NCBI GenBank assembly: GCA_024704765.1
Contig: JAKMXF010000144.1
Location: 310,001 to 374,000 of the forward strand
Length of the DNA stretch: 64,000 nt
Direction: 5' to 3'
DNA from: Oopsacas minuta
Taxonomy: Eukaryota > Animalia > Porifera
Positions 37,723 through 48,663 of the stretch are shown piece after piece. Both the position numbers and the translations under genes were made by a program. Below the pieces are notes generated by a model, which had not been told where the DNA came from, did no database searches, and was given only the letters and a program-made list of their open reading frames with translations. The first letter of the stretch is position 1. Each line of letters begins with the position of its first letter.

Positions 37723-37896
37723 CAAACTGGTCACTTATTAACATTAAATGTACTCTATTTAACATAACTGTATCAGATAGATATATATATTCTCCAAACG
37801 CGGTCTGTCTGGTAGTTTCATATAATATCCTTGTATCACATACCCAAGTATTGTATTTAATATGTCAATAAGATGGTTAGATGTACCATGCTATAA

Positions 37897-38484
37897 ATGG
37901 GCAACAGGTTACCAACTCATAGACCCAAGCCGAATCTCAGACCTCCATCATACCCAGGTGTACAAAATTATCATAGTAACCGCGGAGGCAGTAAGGTATT
38001 CTTTCCAACAGAAGATCCTGATAGTTGTAGACAAGAGGCAACTCAGTCTAGAGAGGAATCGATTTTACCCCGAAAAGATATATCTCATCCCAGAGAAAAT
38101 AGAAGACGGATTAGTCTGAAAGCTACTGCACCTTCTTTACCAGTGAGTACTACCATATTAATACAATAGTATGTTAATTGCAAACTCACTAATATCTGTT
38201 GTCAAAATTGCAATTGTAATTCCTCCTCATAGATATATTTGTAATTCAATCCTTTAATAAGCATGGAAGGATAATTATCTATAGAATGCGTCAGATGATT
38301 GGGAAGTGTCGGAAGAACCAAGGTATGGAGAGCTCATCTGATTACTAATATGATGAACTATATTACAAAGCCTTTTGATATCAGATATATATAAACCATT
38401 TACCCTAGTGTAGTGAATCAGGCAGACAGAATAACGTCACGCGGTATATTTATTTCTGTCTCGAGGACAGATAGGCCGATTTAA
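37897..38484 (+). CDS. Putative small disordered protein with N-terminal MG (possible myristoylation)
   Basis: ORF 37897-38169 has a good donor CCA|GTGAGT; candidate exons near 38285-38322 (NASDDWEVSEEPR) and 38409-38484 are in phase. No recognised domain. Confidence 0.4.
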
Positions 38485-38528
38485 TAATCAAATAAAATGA
38501 GATAAATATTGATTTGAAATAATCTCAA

Positions 38529-39935
38529 ATGAGTTGTGATAGATTTCTACGAATTTCTACATTTTTGGTATTTTGCAGTTATAATTTCCTGTGTGGAGTC
38601 GAGTATGCAGTTGTTATACCAACTCTATGGAACTATATATCAAGCTATGGAGCTAGCGAGGCATTCTACGGACTGTCTCTGTCGATATTCAGTATGTCTC
38701 GCTTGTTATTCGGCCCCTTATTCGGTTATTGGTATGATAAGACACATGGATTAAAGCTGATCGTTTGTTTTGCAACCTTATTCGAGATAGGAGGTAACAT
38801 ACTATACTTCATGGGTTTCTCTAAGTACTCAATACTAGCAGCTAGGTTTATTAACGGTATGGGTGCATCTGCTGGAGGTATTCTAGTTAGCGAGCTAGCG
38901 TGGACAATTCCGAAGGAAAAGCAGACACGAATATTTTCACTCTTCTTTGCTTGTTTCCAGTTGGGACTGCTATTGGGTCCTGGTCTAAATTTCTTCTTAG
39001 AGAACTTTGATTTCTATATCGGTCCGTTCCTAATCAACGCTCTATCAGTCCCGGGTCTTGTCATGGCGTCTTTTTGGACATGTCTGCTATTAGCTTTCAT
39101 CATTTTCGTAAGATCATACGTTAAACGGAAGATTAATTCTGATAATAGTAACAATCTCTTAGGTGTTAAGAAGCTTAATGTCAATACAGAAGGTACTCCT
39201 CTCATCAGGACAAAAGCTCTAACAGACTCATACAAACAGAATCTCACATCCACACAGACTACAGCAGCTTCTCTTGCTGAGTCTGGTATTCATCCTTACT
39301 TCTCCTGGAGGACAGTAGGCAATACTTTATTCAGAGACGAGTTTATCCTTCTGCTAGCTCTCACATTTGTTACTATGTTTAATCAAACTTGTATTGAAAC
39401 ATTCATTGTACCTTGGGCACAAAATAACCTATATTGGGATGAGAGCTATCTCAGTGTATTCTACATAATTGCTTCAATACAGGGACTAATATCATATTTA
39501 TTCGTTAGTATTCTAAGCCAGTGTCTAGGAGATAGATGGCTAATGGTTATAGGTCTAGGAGGGAATGCATTAGCTTATATTGTATTGCTGTCTGTGTTTC
39601 CTACGATTATTCCTAGCAAGATAGGGACACATGAAGGTAATGTTAATCTTATAAAGGTATACGGGACTTCTTCTATGATTATTATCTTTCTGCCTTTTTT
39701 CTTTGTTGGTGCTTCGTCTATCTTCTCTAAACTCGTTCCTCCTGAGATCCAAGGGGTATCTCAAGGGATCCGTCGCTCCTTCCTATGTCTTGGTACCATC
39801 ATGGGTCCGCTATGGGCTGGAGGTAACGTGAAGCGGCCTATGGTCATGGGTATTGTTTTGGAAATTTTATTTATTGTTGTTTTGATTATGACGTTTTTAT
39901 CTTGGAAGAAATTGAAAATGAATTTTAGGAAGTGA
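38529..39935 (+). CDS. MFSD8: Major facilitator superfamily transporter, MFSD8/CLN7-like; single exon
   Basis: 468 aa, ~12 hydrophobic segments; GVEYAVVIPTLWNYI, ARFINGMGA, SSIFSKLVP...QGVSQG...GTIMGPLWAG. Confidence 0.82.
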   Translation: MSCDRFLRISTFLVFCSYNFLCGVEYAVVIPTLWNYISSYGASEAFYGLSLSIFSMSRLLFGPLFGYWYDKTHGLKLIVCFATLFEIGGNILYFMGFSKYSILAARFINGMGASAGGILVSELAWTIPKEKQTRIFSLFFACFQLGLLLGPGLNFFLENFDFYIGPFLINALSVPGLVMASFWTCLLLAFIIFVRSYVKRKINSDNSNNLLGVKKLNVNTEGTPLIRTKALTDSYKQNLTSTQTTAASLAESGIHPYFSWRTVGNTLFRDEFILLLALTFVTMFNQTCIETFIVPWAQNNLYWDESYLSVFYIIASIQGLISYLFVSILSQCLGDRWLMVIGLGGNALAYIVLLSVFPTIIPSKIGTHEGNVNLIKVYGTSSMIIIFLPFFFVGASSIFSKLVPPEIQGVSQGIRRSFLCLGTIMGPLWAGGNVKRPMVMGIVLEILFIVVLIMTFLSWKKLKMNFRK

Positions 39936-40296
39936 AGATTTGCAGATTTGCAGATTTCATACATCTAATAATCCAATATTATAATTTTATCATAGAAATG
40001 CAATTATGTAATAGACTTGTATTGTCTACAATACTCACAATACAATCATTATAGCAAACTTTAGTTTTTCCTAGACAAGACGTAGTAACTTAGAGTACTA
40101 CGGGTGATAATTATAACCGCTATAGAACACAAACCTATTAACCCATCGAAAATAATAACAATCTAATATTTGTTTGTTTACTAATGCTCCAGTCTAATCA
40201 TAACAAGTTCCCTAATCAAGAGCATTTATACAAATCATAACACACAGATTAATTATACATAGCTGAATTAGGCATAGCAAGCAGCCACTTTATATT

Positions 40297-43200
40297 ATGT
40301 CAGATGTATTGCCAATGGACCCGCCCCTCTCCGAGACCAATAATAACACGTCACCACATCAACCAATTCACAACTCTGCTAACAACACAAGTCCGAACAG
40401 AAGCGAGATATCACAAGTGTACTCAGAACCAGGGATAGCAGATAAGCATGATATTATTGCTAATCAGTTGGCATTTTCTAAGAATAATACAACACTCTCT
40501 AAGCATGAAACTTTGACAATTCCATTCCTTCCTGATTCAATTGATGATTCCATAGAAACAGAAACGGGTTCATGGAATGGTGCAAACCCTCCTGTAGCTA
40601 AGTTAGAATCCAGAGGCTCTGGTGTCATCTGTGATCACTGTTACTGTCCCTCCTCTCCGAATACTCTCAGTCCTACACTCAAGAAACAGAGACAGGCGCG
40701 GCAGCAGGACAACACGGCCCTGAGTGCTGCCATCCCTCCATTCCGACTTGCATACGCTCCAGCAGTCCCTACATCTTTCGTCATGTTACAAAGACTCCTA
40801 CAACTGAACCCCTCAAGACCTAGTCCGCTCCATTCCCCCAGGAGCATGTTCTCATCCGACAGAGCTCATCTCTCCCGGATTGCCCCCCGTCCTTTCCAGA
40901 GGACTCTCTTCCCTCAACGCCCCATCCTCAAACCTACCTTCTATTCTCAAACAAGAGATCCTATCCTCTCTCCTATCAGACTACATAACCGTGGAGTAAA
41001 GAGGAGAGGTAAGGGAGGTAGACATCTCATACTCAATAAGAAATCTCTGAAAAGGAAACTCGCAGATAGCTCTGGTGTATCTACAGACACAGATGAGGAT
41101 GCTAATCATCTCTTGTGTCGCCGATCTGACAGGAATATCGGTAAGAGTCAAAAGTACCGCTACGAAGTAGACCTAAACCTCAGTGATTCAGAGGACGACA
41201 GGCCCTCTAAAAAGACAAAAGAGAACATAATCTTCCGTCCCTCTGAAGTATTCGACCGTAAACCTACTCTAATGACAAACACGAGTGAGTTATTCGAACA
41301 GTGGCCGAGTGAGGAGGAATACGTTATTGATAAAGTACTTGGAACTCGTGTCATAGATGGAGATGATACAAATACAGATGCTGAACAGTTCTATGTTAAA
41401 TTCAAAGGATACTCTTATCTACATGCCAAATGGTCTACTCTATCCCTACTCAACCAGGTAGACAAGAGAGCTGTACAGAAGATTAACAGATACAGACAGA
41501 AGCAGCAGTCAGAGTTCGGTTTGCTAGACGAAGAGCCTTTTAACCCAGACTACATCCAGGTAGATCGTATCTTAGACGTGGAGAGAGTAAAGGATACACA
41601 CGGCACTGTATCTATATATTATCTGGTTAAATGGTGTTCTTTATCATACGATGAGGTTACTTGGGAGTTAAAAGATAATATACTAGACGAGGATAAAGTG
41701 AGACTATACGAGAAGATTAATACTCCTCCTCCTATCTCCTCTCTTGTACACAAGCCACGGCCTTCAACAGAGGTTCCTGTTACAAACTCTGATAAAGAGT
41801 ATAAAAATAAAAATTATCTGAGACAGTATCAGCAAGTTGGGCTGAATTGGCTCGTTATGAAATGGTTTTCAAGAAAGAATTGTATTCTAGCAGATGAAAT
41901 GGGTCTAGGGAAGACAATACAAACAATCACATTCCTCAAAACAGTCCTTGACTACGGGATTAGGGGACCATTTCTAATAATAGCCCCTCTCTCTACAATC
42001 CAAAATTGGTACAGAGAGTTTCAGAGTTGGACCTCTATGAATGTTATTGTATATCATGGGACTTCTATGAGTAGGAAAATAATCGAAGAGTTTGAATTTT
42101 ATTTCAAATCAATTGGCGATAAGAGAGGATATTTCAAATTTAATGCTGTTATCACTACGTACGAGGCTGTAATGGTTGAGGGAGGTGAATTGATTAATAT
42201 TCCATGGAGGGTTACTGTCATAGACGAGGGACATAGGTTGAAAAACACGCGGGGGAAATTAACTTCACACTTGAAGGCTTTTGACATGGAGCACAAACTG
42301 CTGCTGACTGGTACACCTCTTCAGAACTCTGTGGAAGAGCTGTGGTCCCTCTTAAACTTCCTGGATCCGATTAAGTTCGATTCGGATCAGGAATTCCTGG
42401 CGAAATTCGGTCAACTCCAATCAGAGGACCAGGTGGTCGATTTACAGCGGGTACTAAAACCAATGATGCTCCGTAGATTGAAAGAGGACGTTGAGAAGAA
42501 CTTAGCTCCTAAAGAAGAGACCATTATAGAAGTTGAATTAACATCTATTCAGAAGAAATATTACAGAGCAATTATGGAGAGGAATTTCTCTTTTATAGTT
42601 GCCAAGGCAACCTCAAGGAATGTACCTAATTTAATGAATTTGTTTATGGAACTACGCAAGTGCTGTAACCATCCCTTCCTAATCAAAGGAGCTGAGACTC
42701 ATATAACTGAGGACTGGCAGAAGTTCCATCCGCATGATCCCGCGTGGCGGTCACTAGTCCAGGCTTCTGGGAAACTTGTCCTCGTGGATAAACTCCTCCC
42801 GAAGTTAAGAGAGGGAGACCACAAGGTGTTGATATTTTCACAAATGGTAAAGTGTCTAGACCTCCTAGAGGACTATCTCATCTGGATGAGGTACCCATAC
42901 GAGAGGATCGATGGACAGATCCGCGGGAATTTGAGACAAGCAGCGATAGACCGATTCTCAAAACCTGGTTCAGATCGGTTCGTGTTTCTCCTCTGTACAC
43001 GAGCTGGAGGTCTGGGTATAAATCTCACTGCAGCTGATACAGTTATAATATACGATTCAGACTGGAACCCTCAGAACGACCTACAGGCTCAAGCTAGATG
43101 TCACAGAATAGGACAAGATAAAGCCGTTAAGGTATACAGACTACTAACACGTAACTCCTATGAAAGACAGATGTTTGACAAAGCTAGCATGAAACTTGGA

Positions 43201-45588
43201 CTAGACAAGGCTGTACTACAGTCCGTTAATAATGGATTAAAGGATAACACTGGACAACTGAGCAAGGGTGAAGTAGAGGATCTGTTGAGACGTGGAGCGT
43301 ACGGGGCTATATTTGATGATGATGATAATGCAGCTAAGTTTTGTAACGAAGACATAGAGGTTATCCTAGAGAGGAGGACACAGGTTGTTACTATAGATAC
43401 TGTAGGGAATAATACATCAACATTTGCTAAAGCTAGCTTCAATTCTGGAGAAGATTCTGAGATATCTATGGATGACCCAGAGTTTTGGAAAAAATGGGCC
43501 CTCAAAGCTGAAGTTGATCTAGCTAAATTGGAGAAGAAGAACGGATTAATACTCAGTGAGCCGAGAGAGAGACGACAAACAAAGAGATTTGAAATCAATG
43601 ACCCTTCATTTGACGTAGCGGCTATAGAACCGGATTCTAACACCTCCACAGGGGAGGAGGAGGAAATAGAAGTCCCCCTGTCTGACACACAGTGTCTCCT
43701 ATTTAGGGGTGTGTGTATGAAAATAGAGACTGCATTGATGACGTATGGCTGGGGAAGATGGAGCATGATGTTACGTAACTCTGATCTAAAATGTACATTC
43801 AAGTCCCGTGACCTAGAGCATATCTGCAGACAGATATTAGTATTCAGTCTGCATTATTTCAAAGGAGATGATAAAGTCAAATCCACGATTAATTCTCTGT
43901 TAGACCCAGAACAGCCTGGAGAAGAGGCTACTGAGTACGGGAAGGAAGAATTTGAACAAATGCTCTCACAACCCGTGGATTCTCTCTTTACTGATTCAGC
44001 CTATAAGAGACATCTACAGCGGGTGAGTGGACGAGTGTTACAGCGTGTTCGTGTACTTCACCACATCAGAGAATATATTATAGCTGAGAACTACGATAAG
44101 TTAATGAATGGTGAGCTAACCGTAGAACAGTTCGATGCTGATCTCCCTGATATAGAGAATCCCCCTGCTACTTGGTGGAGCCCATTAGCTGATAAATCAC
44201 TAATATTGGGTACAATAAAACACGGTTATGAGAACTATCACCTCATGGCTGAGGACCCAGCTCTGCAGATTGGACCTCCCGCAAACTTCTCTCCAGAAAA
44301 TGAGCCCTCTACTATCCCCAAGAAATGCTCTGTCAGTGACCTAGACGATAGTCTAATGGATCTGTCTGATACAGAGGACAAACGTCCGTTGAAGGATTGG
44401 CCGTCTGCCTCCGAGCTGAATAACCGTCTAAAGAAGATGGTAACAGAATCAGATCGTAATCTTAAGAAGATAATCCTCCGTTCTGCGAGAAAAGCTCTCA
44501 AAGCTAAGAAACAGAAAATCCATCAGAATGCAAAGAGAAGACGGTCATATGAAGACGGACACTCCAGTAATCACCCCTCTACCTGGAGCAGGCGAGAGGA
44601 ACATGACTTCGCTAAAGCCCTCTACTCACACGGGGTAGAATGGGACACAGATTCAGAGAGTCATGACTGGAGTAAAATAAAACTCGTCGCTAAACTAAGG
44701 AAGGATATAAATCAGATAGAATCTTTCTATACTGAATATATTTGTATGTGTTATTCTGTATTGAATAAGGAGCATAACTCCATCACTAGTGGAGTAACAA
44801 TTGTTAAACAGGAAAGAGCTCAGAAATTTATTAAGCGATTACATCTCCTGTCACTTGTGAGAGAGGTTCTAACTATTCCTGATATCCAGGAGAGGTTACA
44901 GCTGTCCGAGGGGTCAGGAGAGGTTCCTGTCTGGTGGAAGATACCTTCTCATGACCTAGACCTCATGCGGGGGGTAGCTAAACACGGATTAACTCGCAGT
45001 GACCTCAAGATATACCTGGACCCAGATTTATCATTCTCACAAACAGTACCGACCAATCAACACGCAGCTATTTCCGGCAAGAAGTTAGTACAGAGTCTCC
45101 CAACTAACTGGCCAAGTTATAAATCTATTTTCCGGCGTTTAACAAAACTCGTGCATCTCCTGAAAAACTCATTCTGGTCTAAATCCCTCCCTCCTCTCCC
45201 TGTTCTAGAAAACGATCTTTCCGTGTATGGACCCCACGCATATGAACAACAACACAAACAGGAAGTAGACGACATTCCTCTAGAATTAATTGTCAGAATC
45301 CCTCTAGAAAGAGGAGAACAAATTGACAGTTCTGACAGTGACACTTCAAGTTCCAGTGGTAGCTGTAACTCCAGTCAGACAGACCTGTCATCAGACAACT
45401 CCGATTCCTCAGATTCTGAACCCTCTCTCTCTGACGTTATGAGTCCAGGGTGTATGTCTCCCTGTCAAAGAATTGACCAATCAGAAGAGATGCTCGTTTC
45501 GATTCCACTCACGAATTGTGGGAAAATTCTAGCTAACACCACACATTCCAGTGCGGTATTAGCGTTGTCAGGCTTGGTTCATAACTGA
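40297..45588 (+). CDS. CHD7: Chromodomain helicase DNA-binding protein, CHD6-9 (kismet) subfamily; single exon
   Basis: Two chromodomains (FYVKFKGYSYLHAKW; YLVKWCSLSYDEVTWE), SNF2 ATPase (ILADEMGLGKT, DEGHRLKN, SDWNPQNDLQAQARCHRIGQ), MDDPEFWKKWA. Specific paralogue not resolvable. Confidence 0.9.
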   Translation: MSDVLPMDPPLSETNNNTSPHQPIHNSANNTSPNRSEISQVYSEPGIADKHDIIANQLAFSKNNTTLSKHETLTIPFLPDSIDDSIETETGSWNGANPPVAKLESRGSGVICDHCYCPSSPNTLSPTLKKQRQARQQDNTALSAAIPPFRLAYAPAVPTSFVMLQRLLQLNPSRPSPLHSPRSMFSSDRAHLSRIAPRPFQRTLFPQRPILKPTFYSQTRDPILSPIRLHNRGVKRRGKGGRHLILNKKSLKRKLADSSGVSTDTDEDANHLLCRRSDRNIGKSQKYRYEVDLNLSDSEDDRPSKKTKENIIFRPSEVFDRKPTLMTNTSELFEQWPSEEEYVIDKVLGTRVIDGDDTNTDAEQFYVKFKGYSYLHAKWSTLSLLNQVDKRAVQKINRYRQKQQSEFGLLDEEPFNPDYIQVDRILDVERVKDTHGTVSIYYLVKWCSLSYDEVTWELKDNILDEDKVRLYEKINTPPPISSLVHKPRPSTEVPVTNSDKEYKNKNYLRQYQQVGLNWLVMKWFSRKNCILADEMGLGKTIQTITFLKTVLDYGIRGPFLIIAPLSTIQNWYREFQSWTSMNVIVYHGTSMSRKIIEEFEFYFKSIGDKRGYFKFNAVITTYEAVMVEGGELINIPWRVTVIDEGHRLKNTRGKLTSHLKAFDMEHKLLLTGTPLQNSVEELWSLLNFLDPIKFDSDQEFLAKFGQLQSEDQVVDLQRVLKPMMLRRLKEDVEKNLAPKEETIIEVELTSIQKKYYRAIMERNFSFIVAKATSRNVPNLMNLFMELRKCCNHPFLIKGAETHITEDWQKFHPHDPAWRSLVQASGKLVLVDKLLPKLREGDHKVLIFSQMVKCLDLLEDYLIWMRYPYERIDGQIRGNLRQAAIDRFSKPGSDRFVFLLCTRAGGLGINLTAADTVIIYDSDWNPQNDLQAQARCHRIGQDKAVKVYRLLTRNSYERQMFDKASMKLGLDKAVLQSVNNGLKDNTGQLSKGEVEDLLRRGAYGAIFDDDDNAAKFCNEDIEVILERRTQVVTIDTVGNNTSTFAKASFNSGEDSEISMDDPEFWKKWALKAEVDLAKLEKKNGLILSEPRERRQTKRFEINDPSFDVAAIEPDSNTSTGEEEEIEVPLSDTQCLLFRGVCMKIETALMTYGWGRWSMMLRNSDLKCTFKSRDLEHICRQILVFSLHYFKGDDKVKSTINSLLDPEQPGEEATEYGKEEFEQMLSQPVDSLFTDSAYKRHLQRVSGRVLQRVRVLHHIREYIIAENYDKLMNGELTVEQFDADLPDIENPPATWWSPLADKSLILGTIKHGYENYHLMAEDPALQIGPPANFSPENEPSTIPKKCSVSDLDDSLMDLSDTEDKRPLKDWPSASELNNRLKKMVTESDRNLKKIILRSARKALKAKKQKIHQNAKRRRSYEDGHSSNHPSTWSRREEHDFAKALYSHGVEWDTDSESHDWSKIKLVAKLRKDINQIESFYTEYICMCYSVLNKEHNSITSGVTIVKQERAQKFIKRLHLLSLVREVLTIPDIQERLQLSEGSGEVPVWWKIPSHDLDLMRGVAKHGLTRSDLKIYLDPDLSFSQTVPTNQHAAISGKKLVQSLPTNWPSYKSIFRRLTKLVHLLKNSFWSKSLPPLPVLENDLSVYGPHAYEQQHKQEVDDIPLELIVRIPLERGEQIDSSDSDTSSSSGSCNSSQTDLSSDNSDSSDSEPSLSDVMSPGCMSPCQRIDQSEEMLVSIPLTNCGKILANTTHSSAVLALSGLVHN

Positions 45589-45847
45589 ACTCTGCTTTCA
45601 TTAGTAAATAAATTTATAATTAATTATTTGTCAATTGTTGTGTCATCTCTTATCTCAATGAATGCTAGAATATTTCTATGTTTATACCGGCTCTAATCAG
45701 CTGTTTTAAATATTTGTCTAAATTCCCGGGGGTCGGGACACATTGTCCTAGAGAGTGTCAAAAATCTAACATTTAGGTAAAAAGTATTTTTTCAAAGTTA
45801 CGATTGTCATTTGATATTTTTGCATGTAATAACGCGGTTATATAATT

Positions 45848-47673
45848 ATGACCGGAATATGTTTATGGCCAACAAGTGTATTATACGCATTCCATTTACT
45901 CATTGCTATCACTAGGTTAGTTTGCTATATATTAAGCTGATTCTTATTGGTTAGATAAGAGAAAAACAAGACCCACCAAAAGACCCTAAACCTTCACATT
46001 TACACATTTCTGAGTTAAAGGAATATCACCGATTTCAAAAGAGACAACAATCCAATACAACCAATATTAATCTCACTGAACAGCCTGTAGTTATACCTAC
46101 AGACACGAGAGATAGAACTCATACAGCACATTTAGAGGTACCAAATTTTGTGTGATTAACCACTAAGTTATCTCATTTCATTGTGCCATACAATTACCAT
46201 AAATATCTATGCACCATTAAAGGCTTCTGTAAACATCTCTATAAATATTAATATATGTAGTTTATGGGTTGTTAAACACTTCGTTTGGTGAGATTCTAAT
46301 ATTTTTGAGTTAGGTAATACAAGAGAATAATAGCATGGAAGTGCCTAATCAACTGGCGATAGATAATCTGGTAGATCAGCTAGTGACGTCAGATGAGGAG
46401 CAGAGAATAGCTGGAGATATTAAGCTACAAGTTGGAATGATGTTCCAGTCACTGAGAAGTAAGTATATCAGCTGATTTTAATTGTTCTTTTATTTATTTT
46501 GTAACAGGATTGGATCAGGAGAATGCTGCTCTGAGACGAGCAGGAGGAGGAGGAGGTGGGAGTAGAGGACTAGGTCCTGATGCTATGGGGGACATAGCAA
46601 CTCTACAAGAAGAGATAGCTAACTACCAGGGACAAGTAAAGAGCCTTGAAGATAAGAACAACGAGGTATTACATCAATAATAACATATTCTATCTATTTA
46701 ATAGTACTACTCCTTTTAGCTGTATAAAGTAAACCATGAATGGTCAGAAGAGTATAAGAACATGAGGAAGTCTCTGACTGATCAGATCAAGAAACTGGAG
46801 GAAGAGAGAGATGCTCTAGAGAGACAGATAGCTAAGCTGGATGCTGAGCTGAATGAGGATGATACTGCTAGTAATCTGTTGATTAAGAAACTCAAGCACA
46901 CTAATGGATTACTTGCACAGGAAAAACTGGTGTGTATAAGATACATACAGTCAACTTCCGTTATCAAACACGGATATATCGTAATACCCGCTTATATCGA
47001 AGCCTGAAATTGTACAAATCCCAAACCGTCAAAGTATCACATAATTCATCGGGTATATCCAAGTAATTATCGCGGTCCCTTGAGCATGGATAAAACAGGA
47101 ATTGAATGTATTTATAAACATTTCAGGGTAATTGAATTACATCAGTCGATGTATTTAGAGGATATAATTGTATTTAGCTAGCAGAACAGAGGAGTGAAGA
47201 TCTAGAATCAGAGAGGACTAAACTAGCTAAACGTCTGAATACTCTTGAGAAACTATACGAGGAAGATGTGAATGAGGAGCTAGCTGCTAAGGAACAGATA
47301 CGGGACTTGGCTATTACTGTCAGAGAGATGAAGGACAAAGAAAAGAAGCACATTAACGAGTATAGAGTACTAGATGATAGAGTTACTGACCTACAAGAAC
47401 AGGTAGATATAATAATAACAAACATTTAAATAAATACATATTCTCTCCTATTTATAGTTGAGGAAGTCTAAGAATCAAACCAAAGCCGAGAAAGATCAAC
47501 GAGAAAAAGCTGAAAAAGAATTGAAGAAGGCAAACAGAGCTTTCAAAGAAATCAAAAAGGTCTACACGCCCTCACGTCTTAGAGAATTCCCCCCTCCTCC
47601 TTTTGATTCCTACTGTCCCATTGACCCGTATGACATATATGACCCATACGAGCGCGTATATAAGTACAAATAG
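45848..47673 (+). CDS. TNIP/ABIN-like coiled-coil protein
   Basis: Exons (45848-45915 tentative), 45955/45960-46137, 46314-46458, 46508-46665, 46720-46929, 47178-47402, 47458-47673, in phase. VKSLEDKNNELYKVNHEWSEEYKNM aligns with TNIP1 VKMLEQQRSELLEVNKQWDQHFRSM. Confidence 0.65.
46948..47108. mobile_element. MITE family A in intron of TNIP-like gene
   Basis: TA-CAGTCAACTTCCGTTATC ... TAATTATCGCGGTCCCTTGAGC ... GGAATTGAATG-TA. Confidence 0.82.
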
Positions 47674-48026
47674 CTACATACCAGATACCAAAATGGTTGT
47701 TAAGTACTCCCTATTTCTTGTGTATAATAACAGTTTTACTGAGCTCTTTGATATATGTTATGTATTCTGTATTTGTAATTAATAATTATATCAATCAACT
47801 GTCTTAATGTTTGACATCTTGAAATGATATACATGGGATTTTGAGATAAATTCGAGCACATTTTGAGGCTTAAACCATCAATCGCGGGCGTCCGATTCTC
47901 CCCAAAGTTACGATACTTTGATTCAAATTTTATACAAGTACCCCTCTGTAAATAATGACGTCAACCAGTATCTGAACTGCCTTGAATTCTATCCTGAAAT
48001 ACGTAGTATTAAAGGGAAGCACTAAC

Positions 48027-48423
48027 ATGGTAAAATTACACTAGTCTAACTTGGATAAAATCTTTTATTTGAATCCACAGTTTTATAGTTCATGTTGTTG
48101 ATATTTATCCTTGTCTTTTAGGAGATTTTTGAGCAGCTGAGCAAGGAGCACTACTCACCCCCTATCAGCTCAAAGGACAGGAAGAAAGTACCCAAATACC
48201 CTCCTAGATATGGGTTCGGGCCTTCTGAACTAGCCGCGGAGAAGAAACTTAGTAAACGACTAGCTAGTCTCGCACCTTGGGACGAGGTAAGAAATTTAAA
48301 ATCTAAAATTTACATGTCTTTATAGTTGAATAATACTGGTAGGACTTTTCAGTTTTAGAGGACTGTATCCCTAGCAAGGAGGGATACACTTATTCAGAGA
48401 CGAGTGAGGATGAATTCTATTAG
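48027..48423 (+). CDS. Small spliced ORF (~82 aa), or alternative 3' exons of the upstream TNIP-like gene
   Basis: ATG|GTAAAA at 48027-48029; exon 48122-48286 (55 open codons, TTTTAG acceptor, GAG|GTAAG donor); exon 48343-48423 ending SETSEDEFY*. Confidence 0.5.
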
Positions 48424-48550
48424 AAAATTTTTGAGGCATACTTTTCACTTCCACACAATCCCTCGCATTCTTACATTAGTGTTCGTATTGCTAGATTGTA
48501 ATTCTGCTCACTAACTAATCACTTCGATTTTGTTATTTTAATTAATACTT

Positions 48551-48570
48551 GTGCGTGTGTGTGTGTGTGT
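48551..48570. repeat. (GT)n microsatellite
   Basis: GTGCGTGTGTGTGTGTGTGT. Confidence 0.8.
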
Positions 48571-48663
48571 TGTACAATCAATAAATCACTTATAATTGTC
48601 TTGACAACGGAGGAATGCAAAAGGAATGCATGCATTTAATTTGTTTGTTAGTCAGCTGTTATA

